Notes: generated from the sequence alone by a model not told the origin. Shown: positions 54,306-62,377, counted from the stretch's first letter. The stretch is 64,000 bases of DNA from a virus (IMGVR_UViG_3300005458_000014:1-64000), one strand, 5' to 3'. Numbers and translations are program-made.

Positions 54306-54367
54306 GCGCACCTCCCTCTATCCCTTCCGTGGGGAGGCGCTGGCTCGATAGCGGTGAACACGCTGGG

Positions 54368-54439
54368 AGGCCCCTCCGGGAGTTGAACCCGGCTGCGCGG
54401 CTTTGCAGGCCGCTGCCTCAGCCGCTCGGCCAAGGGACC
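54368..54439 (-). tRNA. tRNA-Cys(GCA)
   Basis: Cloverleaf, loop CT GCA AA. Confidence 0.85.
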
Positions 54440-54440
54440 C

Positions 54441-54517
54441 TGGTGAGCCTGGACGGACTCGAACCGCCGACCTTCTCCTTAGGGGGGAGTAGCTCTATCC
54501 GGCTGAGCTACAGGCTC
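54441..54517 (-). tRNA. tRNA-Arg(CCT)
   Basis: Cloverleaf with CCA, loop CC CCT AA (C33). Confidence 0.85.
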
Positions 54518-54518
54518 A

Positions 54519-54595
54519 TGGCGCCTCCGGTCCGACTCGAACGGACGACCTCTTGGTTCGGAACCAAGTGCGCTATCCACCTGCGCTACAGAGGC
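54519..54595 (-). tRNA. tRNA-Arg(CCG)
   Basis: Cloverleaf with CCA, loop TT CCG AA. Confidence 0.85.
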
Positions 54596-54643
54596 TAGAC
54601 GGCAAATGCCGCGTACTTCTCATCTAGGACGCTTGATCATGCG

Positions 54644-54725
54644 TGGCGAGACCAGGATTCGAACCTGGGAAGCACATGGCAGCTGATTTACAGTCAGCCC
54701 TCGTTGGCCACTTGAGTACCTCGCC
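54644..54725 (-). tRNA. tRNA-Tyr(GTA)
   Basis: Long variable arm, loop CT GTA AA. Confidence 0.9.
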
Positions 54726-54800
54726 TGGGGAGGACAGCGGATCCCGAGACCGCATCATCCGGTTCACAACCGGGCGCTCTGCCTTTGAGCTATGCCCTCA
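54726..54800 (-). tRNA. tRNA-His(GTG), atypical T-loop
   Basis: Loop TT GTG AA; T-loop CTCGGGA. Confidence 0.7.
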
Positions 54801-54801
54801 G

Positions 54802-54875
54802 TGGTCGATGAAGGGATCGAACCTTCGGCCTCCCCGGTGTGAACGGGGCGCTCTCCCAAGCTGAGCTAACCGACC
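54802..54875 (-). tRNA. tRNA-Val(CAC)
   Basis: Loop TT CAC AC. Confidence 0.85.
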
Positions 54876-54884
54876 TTGATAAGC

Positions 54885-54942
54885 TGGCGAGCGGGGATTC
54901 GAACCCCGGGGGCCGTCGCCCTTCCGCTCCGTGCTCTCGCCA
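54885..54942 (-). ncRNA. tRNA-like minihelix (acceptor plus T arm, no normal D/anticodon arms)
   Basis: TGGCGAG...CGGGG TTCGAAT CCCCG CTCGCCA. Confidence 0.5.
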
Positions 54943-54946
54943 GTCG

Positions 54947-55019
54947 CACCCTCGACAGGACTCGAACCTGCAACCTGCCGGTCCGTAGCCGGCTGCTCCA
55001 TCCGTTGAGCTACGAGGGT
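54947..55019 (-). tRNA. tRNA-Arg(ACG)
   Basis: Loop CT ACG GA. Confidence 0.85.
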
Positions 55020-55097
55020 AGATCCCTGCTCGCGCCTTGGCGGGGCGCCTCCCTCCCGGGCCATCTCCGGTGGTGTCGAGGCGGGCAGGGGTCCGCC

Positions 55098-55172
55098 TGG
55101 TGGTCGCTGCTGGGATTGAACCAGCGGCCCCCTGCTTGTCGGGCAGGCGCTCTCCCGCTGAGCTAAGCGACC
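55098..55172 (-). tRNA. tRNA-Val(GAC)
   Basis: Loop CC GAC AA (C33); CCA encoded. Confidence 0.85.
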
Positions 55173-55279
55173 TTGCCGGCAGTATTTCTCATCCCCGTCT
55201 CAGGGGACAGATACGGCAGGAGCAGCGCGGCTCCGGTGCACGGCCGCGGCTGGTGATACGCCCGGTGACTCCTGCCGGG

Positions 55280-55355
55280 CGGTCCTGACGGGATTCGAAC
55301 CCGCGATCTTCAGCTTGACGGGCTGACGGGGACGACCAAACTCCCCTACAAGACC
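55280..55355 (-). tRNA. tRNA-Asp(GTC)
   Basis: Loop CC GTC AA (C33). Confidence 0.85.
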
Positions 55356-55451
55356 TCGTGCCGGACCTGTCGTGATCAAGGGGTCCGGTGTTACCTTATT
55401 GAATTGCCAATGACACCTGGCAATATACACGGACACGGAGGATACGGACCA

Positions 55452-55622
55452 ATGCGGAAGATCACCTCGCTACTCGCGGCCGGCGCTATTCTCGGCGCCG
55501 GGGCCTCGGTAGCTGCCCCCGGGGGGACCGTGCTGGCCGTTGCCCGGCCAGCCCCCACCCAGATCCTTGTCGGCCACGTCCTGGACCACTCAGGCGGGCC
55601 TGACATCTTCTATCACGCCTGA
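55452..55622 (+). CDS. Small secreted peptide (56 aa), antisense to the tRNA array
   Basis: MRKITSLLAAGAILGAGASVAA signal peptide, ends GGPDIFYHA; GGAG SD. Confidence 0.65.
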   Translation: MRKITSLLAAGAILGAGASVAAPGGTVLAVARPAPTQILVGHVLDHSGGPDIFYHA

Positions 55623-55627
55623 CGTGC

Positions 55628-55702
55628 TGGCTCCCGCGGCTGGACTCGAACCAGCGCGCGTCCGGTTAACGGCCGGGTGCTCTGCCACTGAGCTACGCGG
55701 GA
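55628..55702 (-). tRNA. tRNA-Asn(GTT)
   Basis: Loop CC GTT AA (C33); CCA encoded. Confidence 0.85.
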
Positions 55703-55762
55703 CCGGCTAGCGCGGCCGGCCGTCCCCTGGGGGAGGGGCGGCCGGCCGCCCCCATTTCTGGG

Positions 55763-55839
55763 TGGTAGCGGGGGCGGGATTCGAACCCGCGGCCTCCAGA
55801 TTATGAGCCTGGCGAGCTACCGAGCTGCTCTACCCCGCA
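55763..55839 (-). tRNA. tRNA-fMet(CAT), initiator-like
   Basis: GCGGGGTAGAGCAGCTCGGTAGCTCG; 1:72 mismatch; loop CT CAT AA. Confidence 0.85.
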
Positions 55840-55867
55840 TCGTGCTCCCAGGATAACCCCGGGATCG

Positions 55868-55939
55868 TAGCCCCAGCCGGTGCTGACCCGGCGCCTCCGG
55901 ATTGAAATTCCGGCCACCTGCCGTTAGTGAGATGGGGCC
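55868..55939 (-). tRNA. tRNA-Glu(TTC), atypical T-loop
   Basis: Loop AT TTC AA; T-loop GTCAGCA. Confidence 0.65.
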
Positions 55940-55952
55940 CTGATGTACTGCG

Positions 55953-56024
55953 CAGCCTCACGGGGAGTCGAACCCCGGCTTGCTGGCTGAGAACCAGCCG
56001 TCCTGACCATTAGACGATGAGGCC
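55953..56024 (-). tRNA. tRNA-Glu(CTC)
   Basis: Loop TT CTC AG. Confidence 0.85.
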
Positions 56025-56323
56025 TTAGCGGGAGCCTTCGAGCGCCGTCATGCCGGTGTGGCGGCGCCTGGTACTCAGCTCGCTGCGGCGTTGACTAGTC
56101 ACCGCAGCTCGCCGCCGGCAGTCACCTTCCCGGTTCCCGTGTGGCACGTGCAGGGATCGGCTGACCCTTCCACCTGCGTTGCCTGGCCCTCGGTGTCAGC
56201 GCTGGGCCAGGTAGCGGACGCCGTGCTCCGCGCCCTGTCTGGGTGCCGGACTTGACCGATCCGGCAGAGACCTCGCTGCATGCCGCGATGCCACGGAGCC
56301 CGTCTGGAGTGGGCTAGTCTCTG

Positions 56324-56396
56324 CGCGCCATCCAGGGCTCGAACCCGGGACCGTCTCCTTAGAGGGGAGCTGCTCTGTCCGCTGAGCTAATGGCGC
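56324..56396 (-). tRNA. tRNA-Arg(TCT)
   Basis: Loop CC TCT AA (C33). Confidence 0.85.
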
Positions 56397-56402
56397 CTGG
56401 GG

Positions 56403-56474
56403 TGGGCCGCCCGGGGCTCGAACCCGGGACCATCCGATTAAAAGTCGGCCGCTCTGCCGCTGAGCTAGCGGCCC
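56403..56474 (-). tRNA. tRNA-Lys(TTT)
   Basis: Loop CT TTT AA. Confidence 0.88.
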
Positions 56475-56475
56475 G

Positions 56476-56550
56476 TGGCGAGGGTGGGCCTCGAACCCAC
56501 GTCCTTCGGTTTATGAGACCGCTGCTTGCGACCATCTCAGCTACCCCGCC
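56476..56550 (-). tRNA. tRNA-Met(CAT), elongator
   Basis: Loop CT CAT AA. Confidence 0.8.
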
Positions 56551-56620
56551 GGGTGGCACCGCGGCCCGGTACAGCCGTATCTCCGGGAGTGGCCTGGCCC
56601 AGCTACTCCGCGATGCCAAG

Positions 56621-56694
56621 TGGGCCCAGGAGGAATTGAACCTCCGGCCTCTTCCTTATCAGGGAAGCGCTCTAACCGGCTGAGCTACAGGCCC
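56621..56694 (-). tRNA. tRNA-Ile(GAT)
   Basis: Loop CT GAT AA. Confidence 0.88.
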
Positions 56695-56734
56695 TTGCTT
56701 GTGTGAACTGTTGCGCCCGGGGAAGACGTGGCGC

Positions 56735-56902
56735 ATGTTCGCATTCATTGCAGCACTGCTGTTCGCCATCGCCACGCTCATCGCGTTCACCGCGCTGAAC
56801 GGCGTCTCCGTGACCGGCCTGATCGCGGCCGGCCTGCTGTGCCTGACCCTGCACCTGATCGTGCCGGGTACCTGGGGCCCGTCCTGGATGCGGCGGGCCT
56901 GA
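56735..56902 (+). CDS. Small two-TM membrane protein
   Basis: MFAFIAALLFAIA...AAGLLCLTLHL, a common small actinobacterial membrane protein type. Confidence 0.7.
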   Translation: MFAFIAALLFAIATLIAFTALNGVSVTGLIAAGLLCLTLHLIVPGTWGPSWMRRA

Positions 56903-56903
56903 G

Positions 56904-56990
56904 CGGCGAGGGTGGGATTCGAACCCACGGGGCCGTGAGGCCCGGTCGTTTTCGGGACGACTGCACTAGTCCGGGCTATGCGACCTCGCC
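56904..56990 (-). tRNA. tRNA-Ser(CGA)
   Basis: Long variable arm, loop CC CGA AA (C33). Confidence 0.85.
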
Positions 56991-57049
56991 TGGGTAGGGA
57001 CCGCCGGGCTCTCGCTGGCCTGGCGAGTCAGGCCGCCTGCGCATCCCCG

Positions 57050-57134
57050 CGGGTGGTGCAGGATTCGAACCTGCGAGGGGTTGCCCCCGACCAGCTTTCC
57101 GGGCTGGCGCCATAAGCCGCTCGGCCAACCACCC
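57050..57134 (-). tRNA. tRNA-Ser(GGA)
   Basis: Long variable arm, loop CC GGA AA (C33). Confidence 0.85.
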
Positions 57135-57223
57135 ATGCAGGGCTCCCCAGCACCTCCTGCGGGAGCCCGCGGGACCGGGGGAGGCGACGGGATTCGAACC
57201 CGCCCGGGAGCGACCCTGCAAAG

Positions 57224-57309
57224 AGGAGCGAGCGGGATTCGAACCCGCGAGGGGGCGACCCCTACCGCCTTAGCAGGACGGCGCCTTCAGCCACTCGTGC
57301 CACCGCTCC
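57224..57309 (-). tRNA. tRNA-Ser(GCT)
   Basis: Long variable arm, loop CT GCT AA. Confidence 0.8.
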
Positions 57310-57491
57310 GGGGCGCGCCGCGGCTTGCCGTCGCCCGCGCGCACTGCACCTGCGTCACCGCCTAACGGACTTGGCTGGTATCCGGTGCAGCTGCCATAAC
57401 CGCTCGCCCCGGCTCTCGCCTGGTACTGACAGGGCAGGCCTGGCCAGGCCGACTGCCCCGGGGCCGCCACGCCTCAACAGACAGCCCTGCG

Positions 57492-57575
57492 TGCCCAAGG
57501 GGAGACTCGAACTCCCACGGCCTCTCGGCCACTGCGGTCTGAGCGCAGCGCGTCTACCAGTTTCACCACCTGGGC
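57492..57575 (-). tRNA. tRNA-Leu(CAG)
   Basis: Long variable arm, loop CT CAG AC. Confidence 0.88.
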
Positions 57576-57684
57576 ATGCGGACCGTTGCCGAGTTGCCAG
57601 ACTCTCGGGTGATCATCTCCGGCTGCCGTCTGGCGGCGGCGCGAGCGATGATGAATCGGGGCCACGGAGCCTACAACCCCTTCG

Positions 57685-57755
57685 AGCGGAGAACGGGGAT
57701 CGAACCCGTGCTGCCACCTTGGCAAGGTGGTGTGCTACCTCTACACCACATCCGC
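57685..57755 (-). tRNA. tRNA-Gly(GCC)
   Basis: Loop TT GCC AA. Confidence 0.88.
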
Positions 57756-57813
57756 ATGGCCGCCCGGGCCAGGATCAGCCCGGGACTTACACCGCAAGGG
57801 GCCGGAGCCCCAG

Positions 57814-57885
57814 AGCCCAGGGTCGGGATTGAACCGACGACCCCTTCCTTACCGAGGAAGCGCTCTGCCACTGAGCTACCCGGGC
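57814..57885 (-). tRNA. tRNA-Thr(GGT)
   Basis: Loop TC GGT AA (C33). Confidence 0.85.
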
Positions 57886-57909
57886 GGGACCGGGGTTCAG
57901 CCTCCCCGG

Positions 57910-58134
57910 CTAGGCGGTGCCGAATCGGTCGAACTCTCCCAGGCGGGCGCCGCCGACGAATGCCTGCCACTCGGCGGGAGTAAACCGGAGGACCGGGCCG
58001 CTGCTGTCCTTGCTGTCGCGGACCCCGATCATGCCGTCTGCGAGGCTGGCCACCTCGACGCAGTTGCCGTTGGCGAGGCTCAGTGAGGACTTGATCCAGT
58101 CCGGGGATGAGGCGGTGCCGGCGCTTCTTCTCAT
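57910..58134 (-). CDS. DUF397 domain protein
   Basis: WIKSSLSLANGNCVEVA...VRDSKD..GPVLRFTPAEWQAFV. Confidence 0.92.
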   Translation of the reverse strand: MRRSAGTASSPDWIKSSLSLANGNCVEVASLADGMIGVRDSKDSSGPVLRFTPAEWQAFVGGARLGEFDRFGTA

Positions 58135-58166
58135 GCCGCCCCACCTTAGCTGAGATTCCCGCATTA

Positions 58167-58239
58167 GCTGAGGGAGCGGGCTTCGATCCCGCGTTGCCCG
58201 GGCCAAAACCGAGTGTCCTGCCAGCTAGACGACCCCTCA
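58167..58239 (-). tRNA. tRNA-Gln(TTG)
   Basis: Loop TT TTG GC. Confidence 0.8.
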
Positions 58240-58244
58240 CCGAG

Positions 58245-58319
58245 GGCCCCCGGCCGGACTCGAACCGGCATCTCGACTGCTTACAGGGCAGTCCCTCTCG
58301 CCAGTTGAGGTACGGGGGC
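58245..58319 (-). tRNA. tRNA-Thr(TGT)
   Basis: Loop CC TGT AA (C33). Confidence 0.85.
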
Positions 58320-58358
58320 AGGCCCCGGGCGCCTCCGCGGAGCCGGCATCCCGGGGTT

Positions 58359-58433
58359 GCAGGGCGCTCTGCACGCTGAGCTACCGGGCCGTGTTCCGCG
58401 GCCGGGCGGGACTCGAACCCGCGACCTCCCCGC
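58359..58433 (-). ncRNA. Circularly permuted tRNA mimic (YrlA-like), copy A
   Basis: Order on transcript: GCGGGG, T arm, closed acceptor hairpin, D arm, CCCTGC. Confidence 0.7.
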
Positions 58434-58435
58434 CG

Positions 58436-58519
58436 TGTCCGAGGCGGGACTTGAACCCGCACGCCCTGAGCGGGCACCAGCACCTCAAGCTGGCGCGTCT
58501 GCCGTTCCGCCACCCGGAC
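58436..58519 (-). tRNA. tRNA-Leu(GAG)
   Basis: Long variable arm, loop TT GAG GT. Confidence 0.88.
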
Positions 58520-58688
58520 TGGTGGCCCCGGCCGTGCCCCGTAACAGTAGGCGCGGATGGGACCAGTATGCGTCAGCCAGGTCCAGAGCCATGACGGGGG
58601 CGGGCTCGGCGTTCACGTGGTAGCCCCTTAGCCCGCTACGTGTGCAGGTGTCCAGTACTGCTGGTCCATCTGGTCCTCTGGCTGCCAG

Positions 58689-58762
58689 AGCCTCCTCGCG
58701 GTATCGAACCGCGGGCCTCCGCTTTACGGGAGCGGCGCTCTAACCAGCTGAGCTAAGGAGGC
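58689..58762 (-). tRNA. tRNA-Thr(CGT)
   Basis: Loop CC CGT AA (C33). Confidence 0.85.
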
Positions 58763-58864
58763 GTGATCGTGCCGGGCCGCCGCCATAAAGGCGGGCTTCG
58801 ATACCAGGCCGGACGGTGGCGAGCCGCCGGCCGGGCACTCGGGAGGGGCCACCTCCACCCAGCT

Positions 58865-58941
58865 GCTGACCACCCTGGACTCGAACCAGGACTATCTCCC
58901 GGTCCAGAGCCGGGCGGGTTTACCAATTCCCCCAGTGGTCA
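58865..58941 (-). tRNA. tRNA-Gln(CTG)
   Basis: Loop CT CTG GA. Confidence 0.85.
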
Positions 58942-59010
58942 TAGTGGCGCGCGTTGCCCAGATCCAGTTAAAGGCTGGCCTGCTCCTACGCGCAATCGCC
59001 GGACACCTTG

Positions 59011-59084
59011 TGGGCGAGGCGGGGATCGAACCCGCACTGAAGCGCTTTTGGGGCGCTGCCTCTGCCGGTTGGAGCTACTCGCCC
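59011..59084 (-). tRNA. tRNA-Leu(CAA), short variable loop
   Basis: AGCGC CC CAA AA GCGCT (C33); no long variable arm. Confidence 0.75.
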
Positions 59085-59086
59085 GC

Positions 59087-59211
59087 GAGGAGCCGGGACG
59101 ATCTTCAGGGGGTACGGCGCATCCTGGTCTCCCAGGTAGCCCTATCCGCCCGGCGCCACCCGGGCGAGCCGCTGACTTGGGTTCTTACCCTGAAGGCCGT
59201 CCCGGCCCCTC
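59087..59211 (-). ncRNA. Structured ncRNA or leader from an internal TTGACA promoter
   Basis: 5' and 3' ends pair over about 20 bp; TTGACA at 59241-59246, TAATGT at 59219-59224. Confidence 0.5.
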
Positions 59212-59247
59212 ACGAAGTACATTACAGCTTTTCCTGCTAATGTCAAG

Positions 59248-59323
59248 TACCCCGCCCGGGATTCGAACCCGGGACACGCGGATTAAGAGTCCGCTGCTCT
59301 GAACCAGGCTGAGCTAGCGGGGT
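59248..59323 (-). tRNA. tRNA-Lys(CTT)
   Basis: Loop CT CTT AA. Confidence 0.85.
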
Positions 59324-59342
59324 AAGGCGGCCGGAGCCGCAG

Positions 59343-59415
<73 letters not shown>

Positions 59416-59718
59416 AGGCGCCACACTGACGCAGTGGCCGCGCGAGCTGGTGCCAGCTCGTAGGCACGAGACCAGGACATGTGCACCCGCCCTGGCTTAC
59501 CGCCCGGGAGCGACCCTGGCGGCCGACTCGGCTACCCCAACCAGGGGAACGCCCTGGCGGCACCTCGCCGTCGTGCCATCGCGCAGCCCCGGGAGTCGAA
59601 CCCAGCCATCCGGTCAGGACGTGGCCACCACGGCCAGCCGCCTTTATCCAGGGAGCGTCACCCGGCCGGCCAGGCCGCCATTGCCCTGGATGCCAGGCCC
59701 GTCGATCGCCGGGCCGAG

Positions 59719-59808
59719 TGGGGCACCGGGAATCGAACCCGGTCATCCAGGCTGAACGCGCCATCGCGCGCCAGGTCCCCGGCCGATCTGCCATTAAGGG
59801 TATGCCCC
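59719..59808 (-). ncRNA. tRNA-like RNA with expanded anticodon arm
   Basis: GGGGCA/TGCCCC acceptor, TAATGGC D-loop, perfect T arm; about 35-nt irregular stem replaces the anticodon arm. Confidence 0.55.
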
Positions 59809-59859
59809 GCACGCAGGGTGCCCCCTGCGCTCCAGCAGGCCGCTGCGCAGACGGCCTCG

Positions 59860-59934
59860 TGGTCACTCTCCGGGTCGAACGGAGGACCTCCCGGGTTTCA
59901 ACCGGGCGCTCTTGCCAGCCTGAGCTAAGCGACC
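59860..59934 (-). tRNA. tRNA-Phe(GAA)
   Basis: Loop TT GAA AC. Confidence 0.85.
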
Positions 59935-59942
59935 TTGATAGA

Positions 59943-60077
59943 GGCGGTGTCCTGCCAGTTGGACGACCAGGTACCAGCTAGTACTCGCCGGCTCCAGGGC
60001 TCCAGCTCCGGGTAGTACTCCCCTCGGCTGTCCTCCCGGACATAATCCTGGCCGGGATTCGGACCCGGATTTCCGCC
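59943..60077 (-). ncRNA. Circularly permuted tRNA mimic, copy B, with about 70-nt insert in the acceptor loop
   Basis: GGCGG, T arm, CCAGG...CCTGG, D arm GTCC AACTGGCA GGAC, CCGCC. Confidence 0.65.
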
Positions 60078-60080
60078 ATG

Positions 60081-60155
60081 TCGGGGTGGCCGGACTCGAA
60101 CCGGCGACCTCATCGTCCCGAACGATGCGCGCTAGCCATGCTGCGCTACACCCCG
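60081..60155 (-). tRNA. tRNA-Pro(CGG)
   Basis: Loop TT CGG GA. Confidence 0.88.
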
Positions 60156-60341
60156 TTGCGCCGGTATTTCCCCGGGCGGTCTGATTGCGCAGCCGCTACC
60201 GGTTCACTCCCAATCGGCTAGACCGCCCCGGGCGCGGGCGGTCGGTCCCGTGCCGCGCGTACGTCGCGGTCGGGTGCCTGCACGAAACTGCCCCGCCGGG
60301 GTTTTCGCTGCCTCGTGCTATGGCCACGCCGGTCACTGCAT

Positions 60342-60411
60342 CCCTGGCGATACGGAATCGAACCGCGAGGTTCCCCTTGTGAGGGTCCTGGTCGCCAAGC
60401 CCTACCCAGGG
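60342..60411 (-). ncRNA. Degenerate tRNA-like element (CAC loop)
   Basis: CCCTGG/CCAGGG ends, GGTTCGATTCC T arm, irregular stems. Confidence 0.4.
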
Positions 60412-60430
60412 CCGTGTGCCGGAAGTCTGA

Positions 60431-60498
60431 GGGGCGCTCTTGCCGTTGAGCTACCCAGCCGGTTAAGGCCGGGCCGGGACTCGAACCCGGATCTCCCC
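60431..60498 (-). ncRNA. Circularly permuted tRNA mimic, copy C
   Basis: GGGG AGAT CCGGG TTCGAGT CCCGG CCCGGCC TTAACC GGCTGGG TA GCTC AACGGCAA GAGC G CCCC. Confidence 0.75.
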
Positions 60499-60501
60499 GG
60501 T

Positions 60502-60574
60502 GGCCTGCTCTGCCCGTTGAGCTACCGCACAGGAGCGACCTGAGCGGGCGGGATTCGAACCCGCATACCTGGCC
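60502..60574 (-). ncRNA. Circularly permuted tRNA mimic, copy D
   Basis: GGCC AGGTAT GCGGG TTCGAAT CCCGC CCGCTCAGG TCGCT CCTGTGCGG TA GCTC AACGGGCA GAGC A GGCC. Confidence 0.75.
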
Positions 60575-60577
60575 TCG

Positions 60578-60651
60578 TCTGGATAGCAGGATTCGAACCT
60601 GCGGCCTCGTGCTCCCCGAGCACGCGCGCTGCCAAGCTGCGCCATATCCAG
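60578..60651 (-). tRNA. tRNA-Pro(GGG)
   Basis: Loop TC GGG GA (C33). Confidence 0.85.
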
Positions 60652-60781
60652 ATGATGCGTGCCCTGGCGCCACCCCGGGAAGTCTGGGGACCGCTCCGGG
60701 TGTGGTGCCTGGGCTTCTGTCCCCGACCGGGCTATCCCAGTCCCGGTCAGGTTTCCTGGCGCCGCATCGCGCCTCGTCCTG

Positions 60782-61010
60782 GATGGTGCCGCCACTTCGG
60801 GCCGCAGTGCATCGCCCTGGTCGAGCTGCTCCGTGGACTTGACCACCAGGGCTGGCTCGTGCTCTGCGACCCTCCGCCAGGCCGGCCAAGGCCCGGTGCT
60901 CCCTGCCCCGCCCGGGGGGAGCACCCCTGGCTGGGTACCATGCCCCCAGGGACGCAGCCCGGGTGAGCAGGGACTAGCTCCGGGAGATCTCCCGAAGTGG
61001 CGGCACCATC
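60782..61010 (-). ncRNA. Large multibranch ncRNA candidate
   Basis: Perfect 20-bp terminal inverted repeat enclosing at least three hairpins. Confidence 0.55.
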
Positions 61011-61102
61011 GTCAACGTCGCGCTCCCGGCCCGGTTAAGGACCAGGACTTTCCCCCGGTGGGCCCCTGGGGGTCGGGAGGCCGGCCCACGGCCTCACGCG
61101 AC

Positions 61103-61180
61103 TGGTCGGGGTGGCGGGATTCGGACCCGCGGCCTCCCGCTCCCAAAGCGGGCGCTCTTGCCTGGCTGAGCTACACCCTG
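61103..61180 (-). tRNA. tRNA-Pro(TGG)
   Basis: Loop TT TGG GA; CCA encoded. Confidence 0.85.
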
Positions 61181-61420
61181 TCAGGCCCCCCGGGGGGCCG
61201 GGTTGCCGCCCGGCCAGCTCCCTGAGTCGCCCTGGAGCCAGTCTCACGCACCGTGGCATCCGGGCGCGCTGGCTCCTGTCTCTGAAGTGGAGTGAGGGCG
61301 TTCCTGGCAGCTTGCTTCCGCGCAGGCGAGTGTGATTGCTCTCGGGGGTATTTATCCCCGTCTCCCATTGATCCGGCCGTGATCGCGGCCGGGGCGGTGA
61401 TCAGCCGCCGCTCCCTCACG

Positions 61421-61493
61421 TGGACCATCCGGGAGTCGAACCCGGCGCCTCTCCCTTGCGAGGGGAGCGCTCTACCAGCTGAGCTAACGGCCC
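61421..61493 (-). tRNA. tRNA-Ala(CGC)
   Basis: G3:U70, loop CT CGC AA. Confidence 0.88.
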
Positions 61494-61657
61494 TTGCGCG
61501 GGTGACCGGTCCCGCAGGCGTATCGCGTCTGGCATCCGGCTGGCAAGCCGGCCAGTGTCCGCCACTACCTGCGGCCGTGAGGGGGCAACCCTGCCTATGC
61601 CTGATCCCTCATTTATCTCGCTGCCGTCCCGGTGCCACCCGGGCCGGCGCGAGCCTG

Positions 61658-61731
61658 TGGAGCCTGCGGGAGTCGAACCCGCGACCTCTTGTCTGCCGAG
61701 CAAGTGCTCTACCGAGCTGAGCTAAGGCCCC
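61658..61731 (-). tRNA. tRNA-Ala(GGC)
   Basis: G3:U70, loop TC GGC AG (C33). Confidence 0.85.
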
Positions 61732-62003
61732 GCGGCACCGATGTGCTGCCGCCACCCTGGCCGAGGCCAGGGCCGCCACCCCTGCGGTGCGATGCGATCC
61801 CGGCGGTCAGGCCGGGACGGCGGCGGCACGGTGCTTGCCACTGGCGCGGCCTGAGCCGCGCACTCGGCATCTTCGGGCGGCCGGGCCTCGGGTGGACGAT
61901 TGGCATTCGTCCGGCCGGGCCGCCTCATGTTCACCGCTATTGAGCTGTCAATTTACGAGCCGGTTGCCCCGCCGCGGCTCTCGCCTTGGCCTGGGTGGCT
62001 GCG

Positions 62004-62076
62004 CAGGGACCGTAGGAATTGAACCCACATTTCGCTCGGGTTGGAGCCGAGCCGCCTACCCTCTGGCTGATCCCCT
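62004..62076 (-). tRNA. tRNA-Trp(CCA)
   Basis: Loop CT CCA AC. Confidence 0.75.
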
Positions 62077-62273
62077 CGGTGTTCAGTTGTCCCGGATATG
62101 ACCGGAGCCGCCGGCAGGTCTCCCTGCGGGCGGCTCCTGGGTCCAGGTCCGGGTGGTCCTTACCCAGGGTGCCGCTGCTTCCCCTGCTCAGGCAGGCAGA
62201 AGACGATGGCGTCATGCGCCATCGGCCAGGCTGCCAGCCTGGGTGAGGTATTGCTGCGGTACGTCATGGCTCC

Positions 62274-62328
62274 ATGGTAGCTGCCCGGCGGGACGCGGGG
62301 CAAGGGTTTTATGAACTTTTCTTGCTAA
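62274..62328 (-). promoter_or_regulatory. Promoter of the tRNA array with upstream operator
   Basis: TTGCCC ... TACCAT on the minus strand; TTAGCAAGAAA box at 62318-62328. Confidence 0.55.
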
Positions 62329-62377
62329 TGGCGCTGACCTGGGCCGGGATCCTCGCTAAGTGCCCCGGCCCGGTCTC

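Noticed and set aside
59580-59660. Possible tRNA-Sec or tmRNA
   Set aside because: No UCA anticodon loop, no tag ORF and no tmRNA termini.
60459-60541. Reading the D half of copy D plus the T half of copy C as one normal tRNA
   Set aside because: Acceptor and anticodon stems do not pair in that register, whereas the permuted pairings do.
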